From positions 17,546,001 to 17,610,000 of the forward strand of contig OZ024752.1 in the NCBI GenBank assembly GCA_964016885.1: 64,000 bases of DNA, given 5' to 3'. The stretch's first letter is position 1, and each line of letters begins with the position of its first letter. The notes under the pieces are model-generated. The model was not told where the DNA came from and searched no databases. It saw only the letters and a list, made by a program, of their open reading frames with translations. The DNA comes from Eledone cirrhosa. Lineage: Eukaryota. Shown here one piece after another: positions 38,201 to 53,200 of the stretch. The position numbers and the translations under genes are program-made.

Positions 38201-41200
38201 GTCTACAACTCCACCATTCTAACTCCTTCTTATATGGTCTACAACTCCACCATTCTAACTCCTTCTTATATGGTCTACAACTCCACCATTCTAACTCCTT
38301 CTTATATAGTCTACAACTCCACCATTCTAACTCCTTCTTATATGGTGTACAACTCCACCATTCTAATTCCTTCTTATATGGCCTACAACTCCACCATTCT
38401 AACTCCTTCTTATATGGTCTACAACTCCACCATTCTAATTCCTTCTTATATGGTCTACAAGTCCACCATTCTAACTCCTTCTTATATGGTCTACAACTCC
38501 ACCATTCTAATTCCTTCTTATATGGTCTACAACTCCACCATTCTAATTCCTTCTTATATGGTGTACAACTCCACCATTCTAACTCCTTCATATTTGGTCT
38601 ACAACTCCACCATTCTAACTCCTTCTCATATGGTGTACAACTCCACCATTCTAATTCCTTCTTATATGGTCTACAACTCCACCATTCTAACTCCTTCATA
38701 TATGGTCTACAACTCCACCATTCTAACTCCTTCTTATATGGTCTACAACTGCACCATTCTAACTCCTTCTTATATGGTCTACAACTCCACCATTCTAACT
38801 CCTTCTTATATGGTGTACAACTCCACCATTCTAACTCCTTCTTATATGGTCTACAACTCCACCATTCTAACTCCTTCTTATATGGTGTACAACTCCACCA
38901 TTCTAACTCCTTCTTATATGGTCTACAACTCCACCATTCTAACCCCTTCTTATATGGTCTACAACTCCCCCATTCTAATTCCTTCTTATATGGTCTACAA
39001 CTACACTATTCTAACTCCTTCTTATATGGTCTACAACTCCACCATTCTAATTCCTTCTTATATGGTCTACAACTCCACCATTCTAACTCCTTCATATATG
39101 GTCTACAACTCCACCATTCTAACTCCTTCTTATATGGTCTACAACTCCACCATTCTATCTCCTTCTTATATGGTCTACAACTCCACCATGCTAACTCCTT
39201 CTTATATGGTCTACAACTCTACCATTCTAACTCATTCTTATATGTTCTACAACTCCACCATTCTAACTCCTTCTTATATGGTCTACAACTCCACCATTCT
39301 AACTCCTTCTTATATGGTCTACAACTCCACCATTCTAACTCCTTCTTATATGGTGTACAACTCCACCATTCTAACTCCTTCTTATATGGTCTACAACTCC
39401 ACCATTCTAACTCCTTCTTACATGGTCTACAACTCCACCATTCTAATTCCTTCATATATGGTGTACAACTCCACCATTCTAACTCCTTCTTATATGGTCT
39501 ACAACTCCACCATTCTAACTCATTCTTCTATGGTGAACAACTCCACCATTCTAACTTCTTCTTATATGGTCTACAACTCCACCATTCTAACTCCTTCTTA
39601 TATGGTGTACAACTCCACCATTCTAACTCCTTCTTATATGGTCTACAACTCCACCATTCTAACTCCTTCTTATATGGTGTACAACTCCACCATTCTAACT
39701 CCTTCTTATATGGTCTACAACTCCACCATTCTAATTCCTTCTTATATGGTCTACAACTCCACCATTCTAATTCCTTCTTATATGGTCTACAACTCCACCA
39801 TTCTAATTCCTTCTTATATGGTCTACAACTCCCCCATTCTAACTCCTTCTTATATGGTCTACAACTCCACCATTCTAATTCCTTCATATATGGTCTACAA
39901 CTCCACCATTCTAACTCCTTCTTATAGGGTGTACAACTCCACCATTCTAACTCCTTCTTATATTGTCTACAACTCCACCATTCTAACGCCTTCTTATATG
40001 GTCTACAACTCCACCATTCTAATTCCTTCTTATATGGTCTACAACTCCACCATTCTATCTCCTTCTTATATGGTCTACAACTCCACCATTCTAACTCCTT
40101 CTTATATGGTGTACAACTCCACCATTCTAACTCCTTCTTATATGGTCTACAACTCCACCATTCTAACTCCTTCTTATATGGTCTACAACTCCACCATTCT
40201 AACTCCTTCTTATATGGTGTACAACTCCACCATTCTAACTCCTTCTTATATGGTCTACAACTCCACCATTCTAACTCCTTCTTATATGGTGTACAACTCC
40301 ACCATTCTAACTCCTTCTTATATGGTCTACAACTCCACCATTCTAACCCCTTCTTATATGGTCTACAACTCCCCCATTCTAATTCCTTCTTATATGGTCT
40401 ACAACTACACTATTCTAACTCCTTCTTATATGGTCTACAACTCCACCATTCTAATTCCTTCTTATATGGTCTACAACTCCACCATTCTAACTCCTTCATA
40501 TATGGTCTACAACTCCACCATTCTAACTCCTTCTTATATGGTCTACAACTCCACCATTCTATCTCCTTCTTATATGGTCTACAACTCCACCATGCTAACT
40601 CCTTCTTATATGGTCTACAACTCTACCATTCTAACTCATTCTTATATGTTCTACAACTCCACCATTCTAACTCCTTCTTATATGGTCTACAACTCCACCA
40701 TTCTAACTCCTTCTTATATGGTCTACAACTCCACCATTCTAACTCCTTCTTATATGGTGTACAACTCCACCATTCTAACTCCTTCTTATATGGTCTACAA
40801 CTCCACCATTCTAACTCCTTCTTACATGGTCTACAACTCCACCATTCTAATTCCTTCATATATGGTGTACAACTCCACCATTCTAACTCCTTCTTATATG
40901 GTCTACAACTCCACCATTCTAACTCATTCTTCTATGGTGAACAACTCCACCATTCTAACTTCTTCTTATATGGTCTACAACTCCACCATTCTAACTCCTT
41001 CTTATATGGTGTACAACTCCACCATTCTAACTCCTTCTTATATGGTCTACAACTCCACCATTCTAACTCCTTCTTATATGGTGTACAACTCCACCATTCT
41101 AACTCCTTCTTATATGGTCTACAACTCCACCATTCTAATTCCTTCTTATATGGTCTACAACTCCACCATTCTAATTCCTTCTTATATGGTCTACAACTCC

Positions 41201-44200
41201 ACCATTCTAATTCCTTCTTATATGGTCTACAACTCCACCATTCTAACTCCTTCTTATATGGTCTACAACTCCACCATTCTAATTCCTTCATATATGGTCT
41301 ACAACTCCACCATTCTAACTCCTTCTTATAGGGTGTACAACTCCACCATTCTAACTCCTTCTTATATTGTCTACAACTCCACCATTCTAACGCCTTCTTA
41401 TATGGTCTACAACTCCACCATTCTAATTCCTTCTTATATGGTCTACAACTCCACCATTCTAACTCCTTCTTATATGGTCTACAACTCCACCATTCTAACT
41501 CCTTCTTATATGGTCTACAACTCCACCATTCTAACTCCTTCTTATATGGTGTACAACTCCACCATTCTAACTCCTTCTTATATGGTCTACAACTCCACCA
41601 TTCTAACTCCTTCTTATATGGTCTACAACTACACCATTCTAACTCCTTCTTATATGGTCTACAACTCCACCATTGTAACTCCTTCTTATATGGTCTACAA
41701 CTCCACCATTCTAACTCCTTCTTATATGGTCTACAACTCCACCATTCTAATTCCTTCTTATATGGTCTACAACTCCACCATTCTAATTCCTTCTTATATG
41801 GCCTACAACTCCGCCATTCTAATTCCTTCTTATATGGTCTACAACTCCACCATTCTAACTCCTTCTTATATGGTCTACAACTCCACCATTCTAACTCCTT
41901 CTTATATGGTCTACAACCCCACCATTCTAACTCCTTCTTATATGGTGTACAACTCCACCATTCTAATTCCTTCTTATATGGTCTACAACTCCACCATTCT
42001 AATTCCTTCTTATATGGTCTACAACTCCACCATTCTAATTCCTTCATATATGGTCTAAAACTCCACCATTCTAACTCCTTCTTATATGGTCTACAACTCC
42101 ACCATTCTAACTCCTTCTTATATGGTGTACAGCTCCACCATTCTAACTGCTTCTTATATGGTCTACAACTCCACCATTCTAACTCCTTCTTATATGGTCT
42201 ACAGCTCCACCATTCTAACTCCTTCTTATATGGTCTACAACTCTACCATTCTAACTCATTCTTATATGGTCTACAACTCCACCATTCTAACTCCTTCTTA
42301 TACGGTCTACAACTCCACCATTCTAAATCCTTATTATATGGTCTACAACTCCACCATTCTAACTCCTTCTTATATGGTCTACAACTCCACCATTCTAACT
42401 CCTTCTTATATGGTCTACAACTCCACCATTCTAATTCCTTCTTATATGGTCTACAACTCCACCATTCTAACTCATTCTTATATGGTCTACAACTCCACCA
42501 TTCTAACTCATTCTTCTATGGTGTACAACTCCACCATTCTAACTCCTTCTTATATGGTCTACAACTCCACCATTCTAACTCCTTCTTATATGGTCTACAA
42601 CTCCACCATTCTAACTCCTTCTTATATGGTCTACAACTCCACCATTCTAACTCCTTCTTATATGGTGTACAACTCCACCATTCTAATTCCTTCTTATATG
42701 GCCTACAACTCCACCATTCTAACTCCTTCTTATATGGTCTACAACTCCACCATTCTAATTCCTTCTTATATGGTCTACAAGTCCACCATTCTAACTCCTT
42801 CTTATATGGTCTACAACTCCACCATTCTAATTCCTTCTTATATGGTCTACAACTCCACCATTCTAATTCCTTCTTATATGGTGTACAACTCCACCATTCT
42901 AACTCCTTCATATTTGGTCTACAACTCCACCATTCTAACTCCTTCTCATATGGTGTACAACTCCACCATTCTAATTCCTTCTTATATGGTCTACAACTCC
43001 ACCATTCTAACTCCTTCATATATGGTCTACAACTCCACCATTCTAACTCCTTCTTATATGGTCTACAACTCCACCATTCTAATTCCTTCTTATATGGTCT
43101 ACAACTCCACCATTCTAATTCCTTCTTATATGGTCTACAACTCCACCATTCTAATTCCTTCTTATATGGTCTACAACTCCACCATTCTAACTCCTTCTTA
43201 TATGGTCTACAACTCCACCATTCTAATTCCTTCTTATATGGTCTACAACTCCACCATTCTAATTCCTTCTTATATGGTGTACAACTCCACCATTCTAACT
43301 CCTTCATATTTGGTCTACAACTCCACCATTCTAACTCCTTCTCATATGGTGTACAACTCCACCATTCTAACTCCTTCTTATATGGTCTACAACTCCACCA
43401 TTCTAACTCCTTCTTATATGGACTACAACTGCACCATTCTAACTCCTTCTTATATGGTGTACTACTCCACCATTCTAACTCATTCTTATATGGTCTACAA
43501 CTCCACCATTCTAACTCATTCTTCTATGGTGTACAACTCCACCATTCTAACTCCTTCTTATATGGTGTACAACTCCACCATTCTAATTCCTTCTTATATG
43601 GTCTACAACTCCACCATTCTAACTCCTTCTTATATGGTGTACAACTCCACCATTCTAATTCCTTCTTACATGGTCTACAACTCCACTATTCTAACTCCTT
43701 CTTATATGGTCTACAACTCCACCATTCTAATTCCTTCTTATATGGTCTACAACTCCACCATTCTAACTCCTTCATATATGGTCTACAACTCTACGATTCT
43801 AACTCCTTCTTATATGGTGTGCAACTCCACCATTCTAACTCCTTCTTATATGGTCTACAACTCCACCATTCTAATTCCTCCTTATATGGTCTACAACTCC
43901 ACCATTCTAATTCCTTCTTATATGGTGTACGACTCCACCATTCTAACTCCTTCATATGTGGTCTACAACTCCACCATTCTAACTCCTTTTTATATGGTGT
44001 ACAACTCCACCATTCTAACTCCTTCATATGTGGTCTACAACTCCACCATTCTAACTCCTTTTTATATGGTGTACAACTCCACCATTCTAATTCCTTCTTA
44101 TATGGTCTACAACTCCACCATTCTAACTCCTTCATATATGGTCTACAACTCCACCATTCTAACTCCTTCTTATATGGTCTACAACTCCACCATTCTAATT

Positions 44201-47200
44201 CCTTCTTATATGGTCTACAACTCCACCATTCTAATTCCTTCTTATATGGTCTACAACTCCACCATTCTAACGCCTTCTTATATGGTCTACAACTCCACCA
44301 TGCTAACGCCTTCTTATATGGTGTACAACTCCACCATTCTAATTCCTTCTTATATGGTGTACAACTCCACCATTCTAACTCCTTCTTATATGGTCTACAA
44401 CTCCACCATTCTAACTCCTTCTTATATGGTCTACAACTCCACCATTCTAATTCCTTCTTATATGGTCTACAACTCCACCATTCTAATTCCTTCTTATATG
44501 GTCTACAACTCCACCATTCTAATTCCTTCTTATATGGTCTACAACTCCACCATTTTAACTCCTTCTTATATGGTCTACAACTCCACCATTCTAACTCCTT
44601 CTTATATGGTCTACAACTGCACCATTCTAACTCCTTCTTATATGGTCTACAACTCCACCATTCTAACTCCTTCTTATATGGTCTACAACTCCACCATTCT
44701 AACTCCTTCTTATATGGTTTACAACTCCACCATTCTAATTCCTTCTTATATGGTCTACAACTCCACCATTCTAATTCCTTCTTATATGGTCTACAACTCC
44801 AGCATTCTAACTCCTTCTTATATGGTGTACAACTCCACCATTCTAATTCCTTCTTATATGGTCTACAACTCCACCATTCTAACTCCTTCTTATATGGTCT
44901 ACAACTCCCCCATTCTAATTCCTTCTTATATGGTCTACAACTACACTATTCTAACTCCTTCTTATATGGTCTACAACTCCACCATTCTAATTTCTTCTTA
45001 TATGGTCTACAACTCCACCATTCTAACTCCTTCATATATGGTCTACAACTCCACCATTCTAACTCCTTCTTATATGGTCTACAACTCCACCATTCTATCT
45101 CCTTCTTATATGGTCTACAACTCCACCATGCTAACTCCTTCTTATATGGTCTACAACTCTACCATTCTAACTCATTCTTATATGTTCTACAACTCCACCA
45201 TTCTAACTCCTTCTTATATGGTCTACAACTCCACCATTCTAACTCCTTCTTATATGGTCTACAACTCCACCATTCTAACTCCTTCTTATATGGTGTACAA
45301 CTCCACCATTCTAACTCCTTCTTATATGGTCTACAACTCCACCATTCTAACTCCTTCTTACATGGTCTACAACTCCACCATTCTAATTCCTTCATATATG
45401 GTGTACAACTCCACCATTCTAACTCCTTCTTATATGGTCTACAACTCCACCATTCTAACTCATTCTTCTATGGTGAACAACTCCACCATTCTAACTCCTT
45501 CTTATATGGTCTACAACTCCACCATTCTAACTTCTTCTTATATGGTGTACAACTCCACCATTCTAACTCCTTCTTATATGGTCTACAACTCCACCATTCT
45601 AACTCCTTCTTATATGGTGTACAACTCCACCATTCTAACTCCTTCTTATATGGTGTACAACTCCACCATTCTAATTCCTTCTTATATGGTCTACAACTCC
45701 ACCATTCTAACTCCTTCTTATATGGTCTACAACTCCACCATTCTAATTCCTTCTTATATGGTCTACAACTCCACCATTCTAACTCCTTCTTATATGGTCT
45801 ACAACTCCACCATTCTAATTCCTTCTTATATGGTCTACAACTCCACCATTCTAATTCCTTCTTATATGGTGTACAACTCCACCATTCTAACTCCTTCATA
45901 TTTGGTCTACAACTCCACCATTCTAACTCCTTCTCATATGGTCTACAACTCCACCATTCTAATTCCTTCTTATATGGTCTACAACTCCACCATTCTAACT
46001 CCTTCATATATGGTCTACAACTCCACCATTCTAACTCCTTCTTATATGGTCTACAACTCCACCATTCTAATTCCTTCTTATATGGTCTACAACTCCACCA
46101 TTCTAATTCCTTCTTATATGGTCTACAACTCCACCATTCTAATTCCTTCTTATATGGTCTACAACTCCACCATTCTAACTCCTTCTTATATGGTCTACAA
46201 CTCCACCATTCTAATTCCTTCATATATGGTCTACAACTCCACCATTATAACTCCTTCTTATAGGGTGTACAACTCCACCATTCTAACTCCTTCTTATATG
46301 GCCTACAACTCCACCATTCTAACTCTTTCATATATGGTCTACAACTGCACCATTCTAACTCCTTCTTATATTGTCTACAACTCCACCATTCTAACGCCTT
46401 CTTATATGGTCTACAACTCCACCAATCTAATTCCTTCTTATATGGTCTACAACTCCACCATTCTAACTCCTTCTTATATGGTCTACAACTCCACCATTCT
46501 AACTCCTTCTTATATGGTCTACAACTCCACCATTCTAACTCCTTCTTATATGGTGTACAACTCCACCATTCTAACTCCTTCTTATATGGTCTACAACTCC
46601 ACCATTCTAACTCCTTCTTATATGGTCTACAACTGCACCATTCTAACTCCTTCTTATATGGTGTACAACTCCACCATTCTAACTCATTCTTATATGGTCT
46701 ACAACTCCACCATTCTAACTCATTCTTCTATGGTGTACAACTCAACCATTCTAACTCCTTCTTATATGGTCTACAGCTCCACCATTCTAACTCCTTCTTA
46801 TATGGTCTACAACTCCACCATTCTAACTCCTTCTTATATGGTCTACAACTCCACCATTCTAACTCCTTCATATATGGTCTACAATTCCACCATTCTAACT
46901 CCTTCTTATATGGTGTACAACTCCACCATTCTAATTGCTTCTTATATGGTCTACAACTCCACCATTCTAACTCTTTCTTATATGGTCTACAACTCCACCA
47001 TTCTAACTCCTTCTTATATGGTCTACAACTCCACCATTCTAACTCCTTCGTATATGGTCTACAACTCCACCATTCTAACTCCTTATATGGTCTACAACTC
47101 CACCATTCTAACTCCTTCTTATATGGTCTACAACTCCACCATTCTAACTCCTTCTTATATGGTGTACAACTCCACCATTCTAACTCCTTCTTATATGGTG

Positions 47201-50200
47201 TACAACTCCACCCTTCTAACTCCTTCTTATATGGTCTTCAACTCCACCATTCTAACTCCTTCTTATATGGTCTACAACTCCACCATTCTAACTCCTTCTT
47301 ATATGGTCTACAACTCCACCATTCTAACTCCTTCATATATGGTCTACAACTCCACCATTCTAACTCCTTCTTATATGGTGTACAACTCAACCATTCTAAC
47401 TGCTTCTTATATGGTCTACAACTCCACCATTCTAACTCTTTCTTATATGGTCTACAACTCCACCATTCTAACTCCTTCTTATATGGTCTACAACTCCACC
47501 ATTCTAAATCCTTCTTATATGGTGTACGACTCCACCATTCTAACTCCTTCATATGTGGTCTACAACTCCACCATTCTAACTCCTTTTTATATGGTGTACA
47601 ACTCCACCATTCTAACTCCTTCATATGTGGTCTACAACTCCACCATTCTAACTCCTTTTTATATGGTGTACAACTCCACCATTCTAATTCCTTCTTATAT
47701 GGTCTACAACTCCACCATTCTAACTCCTTCATATATGGTCTACAACTCCACCATTCTAACTCCTTCTTATATGGTCTACAACTCCACCATTCTAATTCCT
47801 TCTTATATGGTCTACAACTCCACCATTCTAATTCCTTCTTATATGGTCTACAACTCCACCATTCTAACGCCTTCTTATATGGTCTACAACTCCACCATGC
47901 TAACGCCTTCTTATATGGTGTACAACTCCACCATTCTAATTCCTTCTTATATGGTCTACAACTCCACCATTCTAATTCCTTCTTATATGGTCTACAACTC
48001 CACCATTCTAACGCCTTCTTATATGGTCTACAACTCCACCATGCTAACGCCTTCTTATATGGTCTACAACTCCACCATTCTAATTCCTTCTTATATGGTC
48101 TACAACTCCACCATTCTAATTCCTTCTTATATGGTCTACAACTCCACCATTCTAACGCCTTCTTATATGGTCTACAACTCCACCATGCTAACGCCTTCTT
48201 ATATGGTGTACAACTCCACCATTCTAATTCCTTCTTATATGGTCTACAACTCCACCATTCTAATTCCTTCTTATATGGTCTACAACTCCACCATTCTAAC
48301 GCCTTCTTATATGGTCTACAACTCCACCATGCTAACGCCTTCTTATATGGTCTACAACTCCACCATTCTAATTCCTTCTTATATGGTCTACAACTCCACC
48401 ATTCTAATTCCTTCTTATATGGTCTACAACTCCACCATTTTAACTCCTTCTTATATGGTCTACAACTCCACCATTCTAACTCCTTCTTATATTGTCTACA
48501 ACTGCACCATTCTAACTCCTTCTTATATGGTCTACAACTCCACCATTCTAACTCCTTCTTATATGGTGTACAACTCCACCATTCTAACTCCTTCTTATAT
48601 GGTGTACAACTCCACCATTCTAATTCCTTCTTATATGGTCTACAACTCCACCATTCTAATTCCTTCTTATATGGTCTACAACTCCAGCATTCTAACTCCT
48701 TCTTATATGGTGTACAACTCCACCATTCTAATTCCTTCTTATATGGTCTACAACTCCACCATTCTAACTCCTTCTTATATGGTCTAAAACTCCCCCATTC
48801 TAATTCCTTCTTATATGGTCTACAACTACACTATTCTAACTCCTTCTTATATGGTCTACAACTCCACCATTCTAACTCCTTCTTATATGGTCTACAACTC
48901 CACCATTCTAACTCCTTCTTATATGGTGTACAACTCCACCATTCTAACTCCTTCTTATATGGTCTACAACTCCACCATTCTAACTCCTTCTTACATGGTC
49001 TACAACTCCACCATTCTAATTCCTTCATATATGGTGTACAACTCCACCATTCTAACTCCTTCTTATATGGTCTACAACTCCACCATTCTAACTCATTCTT
49101 CTATGGTGAACAACTCCACCATTCTAACTCCTTCTTATATGGTCTACAACTCCACCATTCTAACTCCTTCTTATATGGTGTACAACTCCACCATTCTAAC
49201 TCCTTCTTATATGGTCTACAACTCCACCATTCTAACTCCTTCTTATATGGTGTACAACTCCACCATTCTAACTCCTTCTTATATGGTGTACAACTCCACC
49301 ATTCTAATTCCTTCTTATATGGTCTACAACTCCACCATTCTAACTCCTTCTTATATGGTCTACAACTCCACCATTCTAATTCCTTCTTATATGGTCTACA
49401 ACTCCACCATTCTAACTCCTTCTTATATGGTCTACAACTCCACCATTCTAATTCCTTCTTATATGGTCTACAACTCCACCATTCTAATTCCTTCTTATAT
49501 GGTGTACAACTCCACCATTCTAACTCCTTCATATATGGTCTACAACTCCACCATTCTAACTCCTTCTTATATGGTGTACAACTCAACCATTCTAACTGCT
49601 TCTTATATGGTCTACAACTCCACCATTCTAACTCTTTCTTATATGGTCTACAACTCCACCATTCTAACTCCTTCTTATATGGTCTACAACTCCACCATTC
49701 TAAATCCTTCTTATATGGTGTACGACTCCACCATTCTAACTCCTTCATATGTGGTCTACAACTCCACCATTCTAACTCCTTTTTATATGGTGTACAACTC
49801 CACCATTCTAGCTCCTTCATATGTGGTCTATAACTCCACCATTCTAACTCCTTTTTATATGGTGTACAACTCCACCATTCTAATTCCTTCTTATATGGTC
49901 TACAACTCCACCATTCTAACTCCTTCATATATGGTCTACAACTCCACCATTCTAACTCCTTCTTATATGGTCTACAACTCCACCATTCTAATTCCTTCTT
50001 ATATGGTCTACAACTCCACCATTCTAATTCCTTCTTATATGGTCTACAACTCCACCATTCTAACGCCTTCTTATATGGTCTACAACTCCACCATGCTAAC
50101 GCCTTCTTATATGGTGTACAACTCCACCATTCTAATTCCTTCTTATATGGTCTACAACTCCACCATTCTAATTCCTTCTTATATGGTCTACAACTCCACC

Positions 50201-53200
50201 ATTCTAACGCCTTCTTATATGGTCTACAACTCCACCATGCTAACGCCTTCTTATATGGTCTACAACTCCACCATTCTAATTCCTTCTTATATGGTCTACA
50301 ACTCCACCATTCTAATTCCTTCTTATATGGTCTACAACTCCACCATTCTAACGCCTTCTTATATGGTCTACAACTCCACCATGCTAACGCCTTCTTATAT
50401 GGTGTACAACTCCACCATTCTAATTCCTTCTTATATGGTCTACAACTCCACCATTCTAATTCCTTCTTATATGGTCTACAACTCCACCATTCTAACGCCT
50501 TCTTATATGGTCTACAACTCCACCATGCTAACGCCTTCTGATATGGTCTACAACTCCACCATTCTAATTCCTTCTTATATGGTCTACAACTCCACCATTC
50601 TAATTCCTTCTTATATGGTCTACAACTCCACCATTTTAACTCCTTCTTATATGGTCTACAACTCCACCATTCTAACTCCTTCTTATATTGTCTACAACTG
50701 CACCATTCTAACTCCTTCTTATATGGTCTACAACTCCACCATTCTAACTCCTTCTTATATGGTGTACAACTCCACCATTCTAACTCCTTCTTATATGGTG
50801 TACAACTCCACCATTCTAATTCCTTCTTATATGGTCTACAACTCCACCATTCTAATTCCTTCTTATATGGTCTACAACTCCAGCATTCTAACTCCTTCTT
50901 ATATGGTGTACAACTCCACCATTCTAATTCCTTCTTATATGGTCTACAACTCCACCATTCTAACTCCTTCTTATATGGTCTACAACTCCCCCATTCTAAT
51001 TCCTTCTTATATGGTCTACAACTACACTATTCTAACTCCTTCTTATATGGTCTACAACTCCACCATTCTAACTCCTTCTTATATGGTCTACAACTCCACC
51101 ATTCTAACTCCTTCTTATATGGTGTACAACTCCACCATTCTAACTCCTTCTTATATGGTCTACAACTCCACCATTCTAACTCCTTCTTACATGGTCTACA
51201 ACTCCACCATTCTAATTCCTTCATATATGGTGTACAACTCCACCATTCTAACTCCTTCTTATATGGTCTACAACTCCACCATTCTAACTCATTCTTCTAT
51301 GGTGAACAACTCCACCATTCTAACTCCTTCTTATATGGTCTACAACTCCACCATTCTAACTCCTTCTTATATGGTGTACAACTCCACCATTCTAACTCCT
51401 TCTTATATGGTCTACAACTCCACCATTCTAACTTCTTCTTATATGGTGTACAACTCCACCATTCTAACTCCTTCTTATATGGTGTACAACTCCACCATTC
51501 TAATTCCTTCTTATATGGTCTACAACTCCACCATTCTAACTCCTTCTTATATGGTCTACAACTCCACCATTCTAATTCCTTCTTATATGGTCTACAACTC
51601 CACCATTCTAACTCCTTCTTATATGGTCTACAACTCCACCATTCTAATTCCTTCTTATATGGTCTACAACTCCACCATTCTAATTCCTTCTTATATGGTG
51701 TACAACTCCACCATTCTAACTCCTTCATATTTGGTCTACAACTCCACCATTCTAACTCCTTCTCATATGGTGTACAACTCCACCATTCTAATTCCTTCTT
51801 ATATGGTCTACAACTCCACCATTCTAACTCCTTCATATATGGTCTACAACTCCACCATTCTAACTCCTTCTTATATGGTCTACAACTCCACCATTCTAAT
51901 TCCTTCTTATATGGTCTACAACTCCACCATTCTAATTCCTTCTTATATGGTCTACAACTCCACCATTCTAATTCCTTCTTATATGGTCTACAACTCCACC
52001 ATTCTAACTCCTTCTTATATGGTCTACAACTCCACCATTCTAATTCCTTCATATATGGTCTACAACTCCACCATTCTATCTCCTTCTTATAGGGTGTACA
52101 ACTCCACCATTCTAACTCCTTCTTATATGGCCTACAACTCCACCATTCTAACTCTTTCATATATGGTCTACAACTGCACCATTCTAACTCCTTCTTATAT
52201 TGTCTACAACTCCACCATTCTAACGCCTTCTTATATGGTCTACAACTCCACCATTCTAATTCCTTCTTATATGGTCTACAACTCCACCATTCTAACTCCT
52301 TCTTATATGGTCTACAACTCCACCATTCTAACTCCTTCTTATATGGTCTACAACTCCACCATTCTAACTCCTTCTTATATGGTGTACAACTCCACCATTC
52401 TAACTCCTTCTTATATGGTCTACAACTCCACCATTCTAACTCCTTCTTATATGGTCTACAACTGCACCATTCTAACTCCTTCTTATATGGTGTACAACTC
52501 CACCATTCTAACTCATTCTTATATGGTCTACAACTCCACCATTCTAACTCATTCTTCTATGGTGTACAACTCAACCATTCTAACTCCTTCTTATGTGGTC
52601 TACAACTCCACCATTCTAACTCCTTCTTATATGGTCTACAACTCCACCATTCTAACTCCTTCATATATGGTCTACAATTCCACCATTCTAACTCCTTCTT
52701 ATATGGTGTACAACTCCACCATTCTAATTGCTTCTTATATGGTCTACAACTCCACCATTCTAACTCTTTCTTATATGGTCTACAACTCCACCATTCTAAC
52801 TCCTTCTTATATGGTCTACAACTCCACCATTCTAACTCCTTCGTATATGGTCTACAACTCCACCATTCTAACTCCTTATATGGTCTACAACTCCACCATT
52901 CTAACTCCTTCTTATATGGTCTACAACTCCACCATTCTAACTCCTTCTTATATGGTGTACAACTCCACCATTCTAACTCCTTCTTATATGGTGTACAACT
53001 CCACCATTCTAACTCCTTCTTATATGGTCTTCAACTCCACCCTTCTAACTCCTTCTTATATGGTCTACAACTCCACCATTCTAACTCCTTCTTATATGGT
53101 CTACAACTCCACCATTCTAATTCCTTCTTATATGGTCTACAACTCCACCATTCTAACTCCTTCTTATATGGTGTACAACTCCACCATTCTAACTCCTTCT

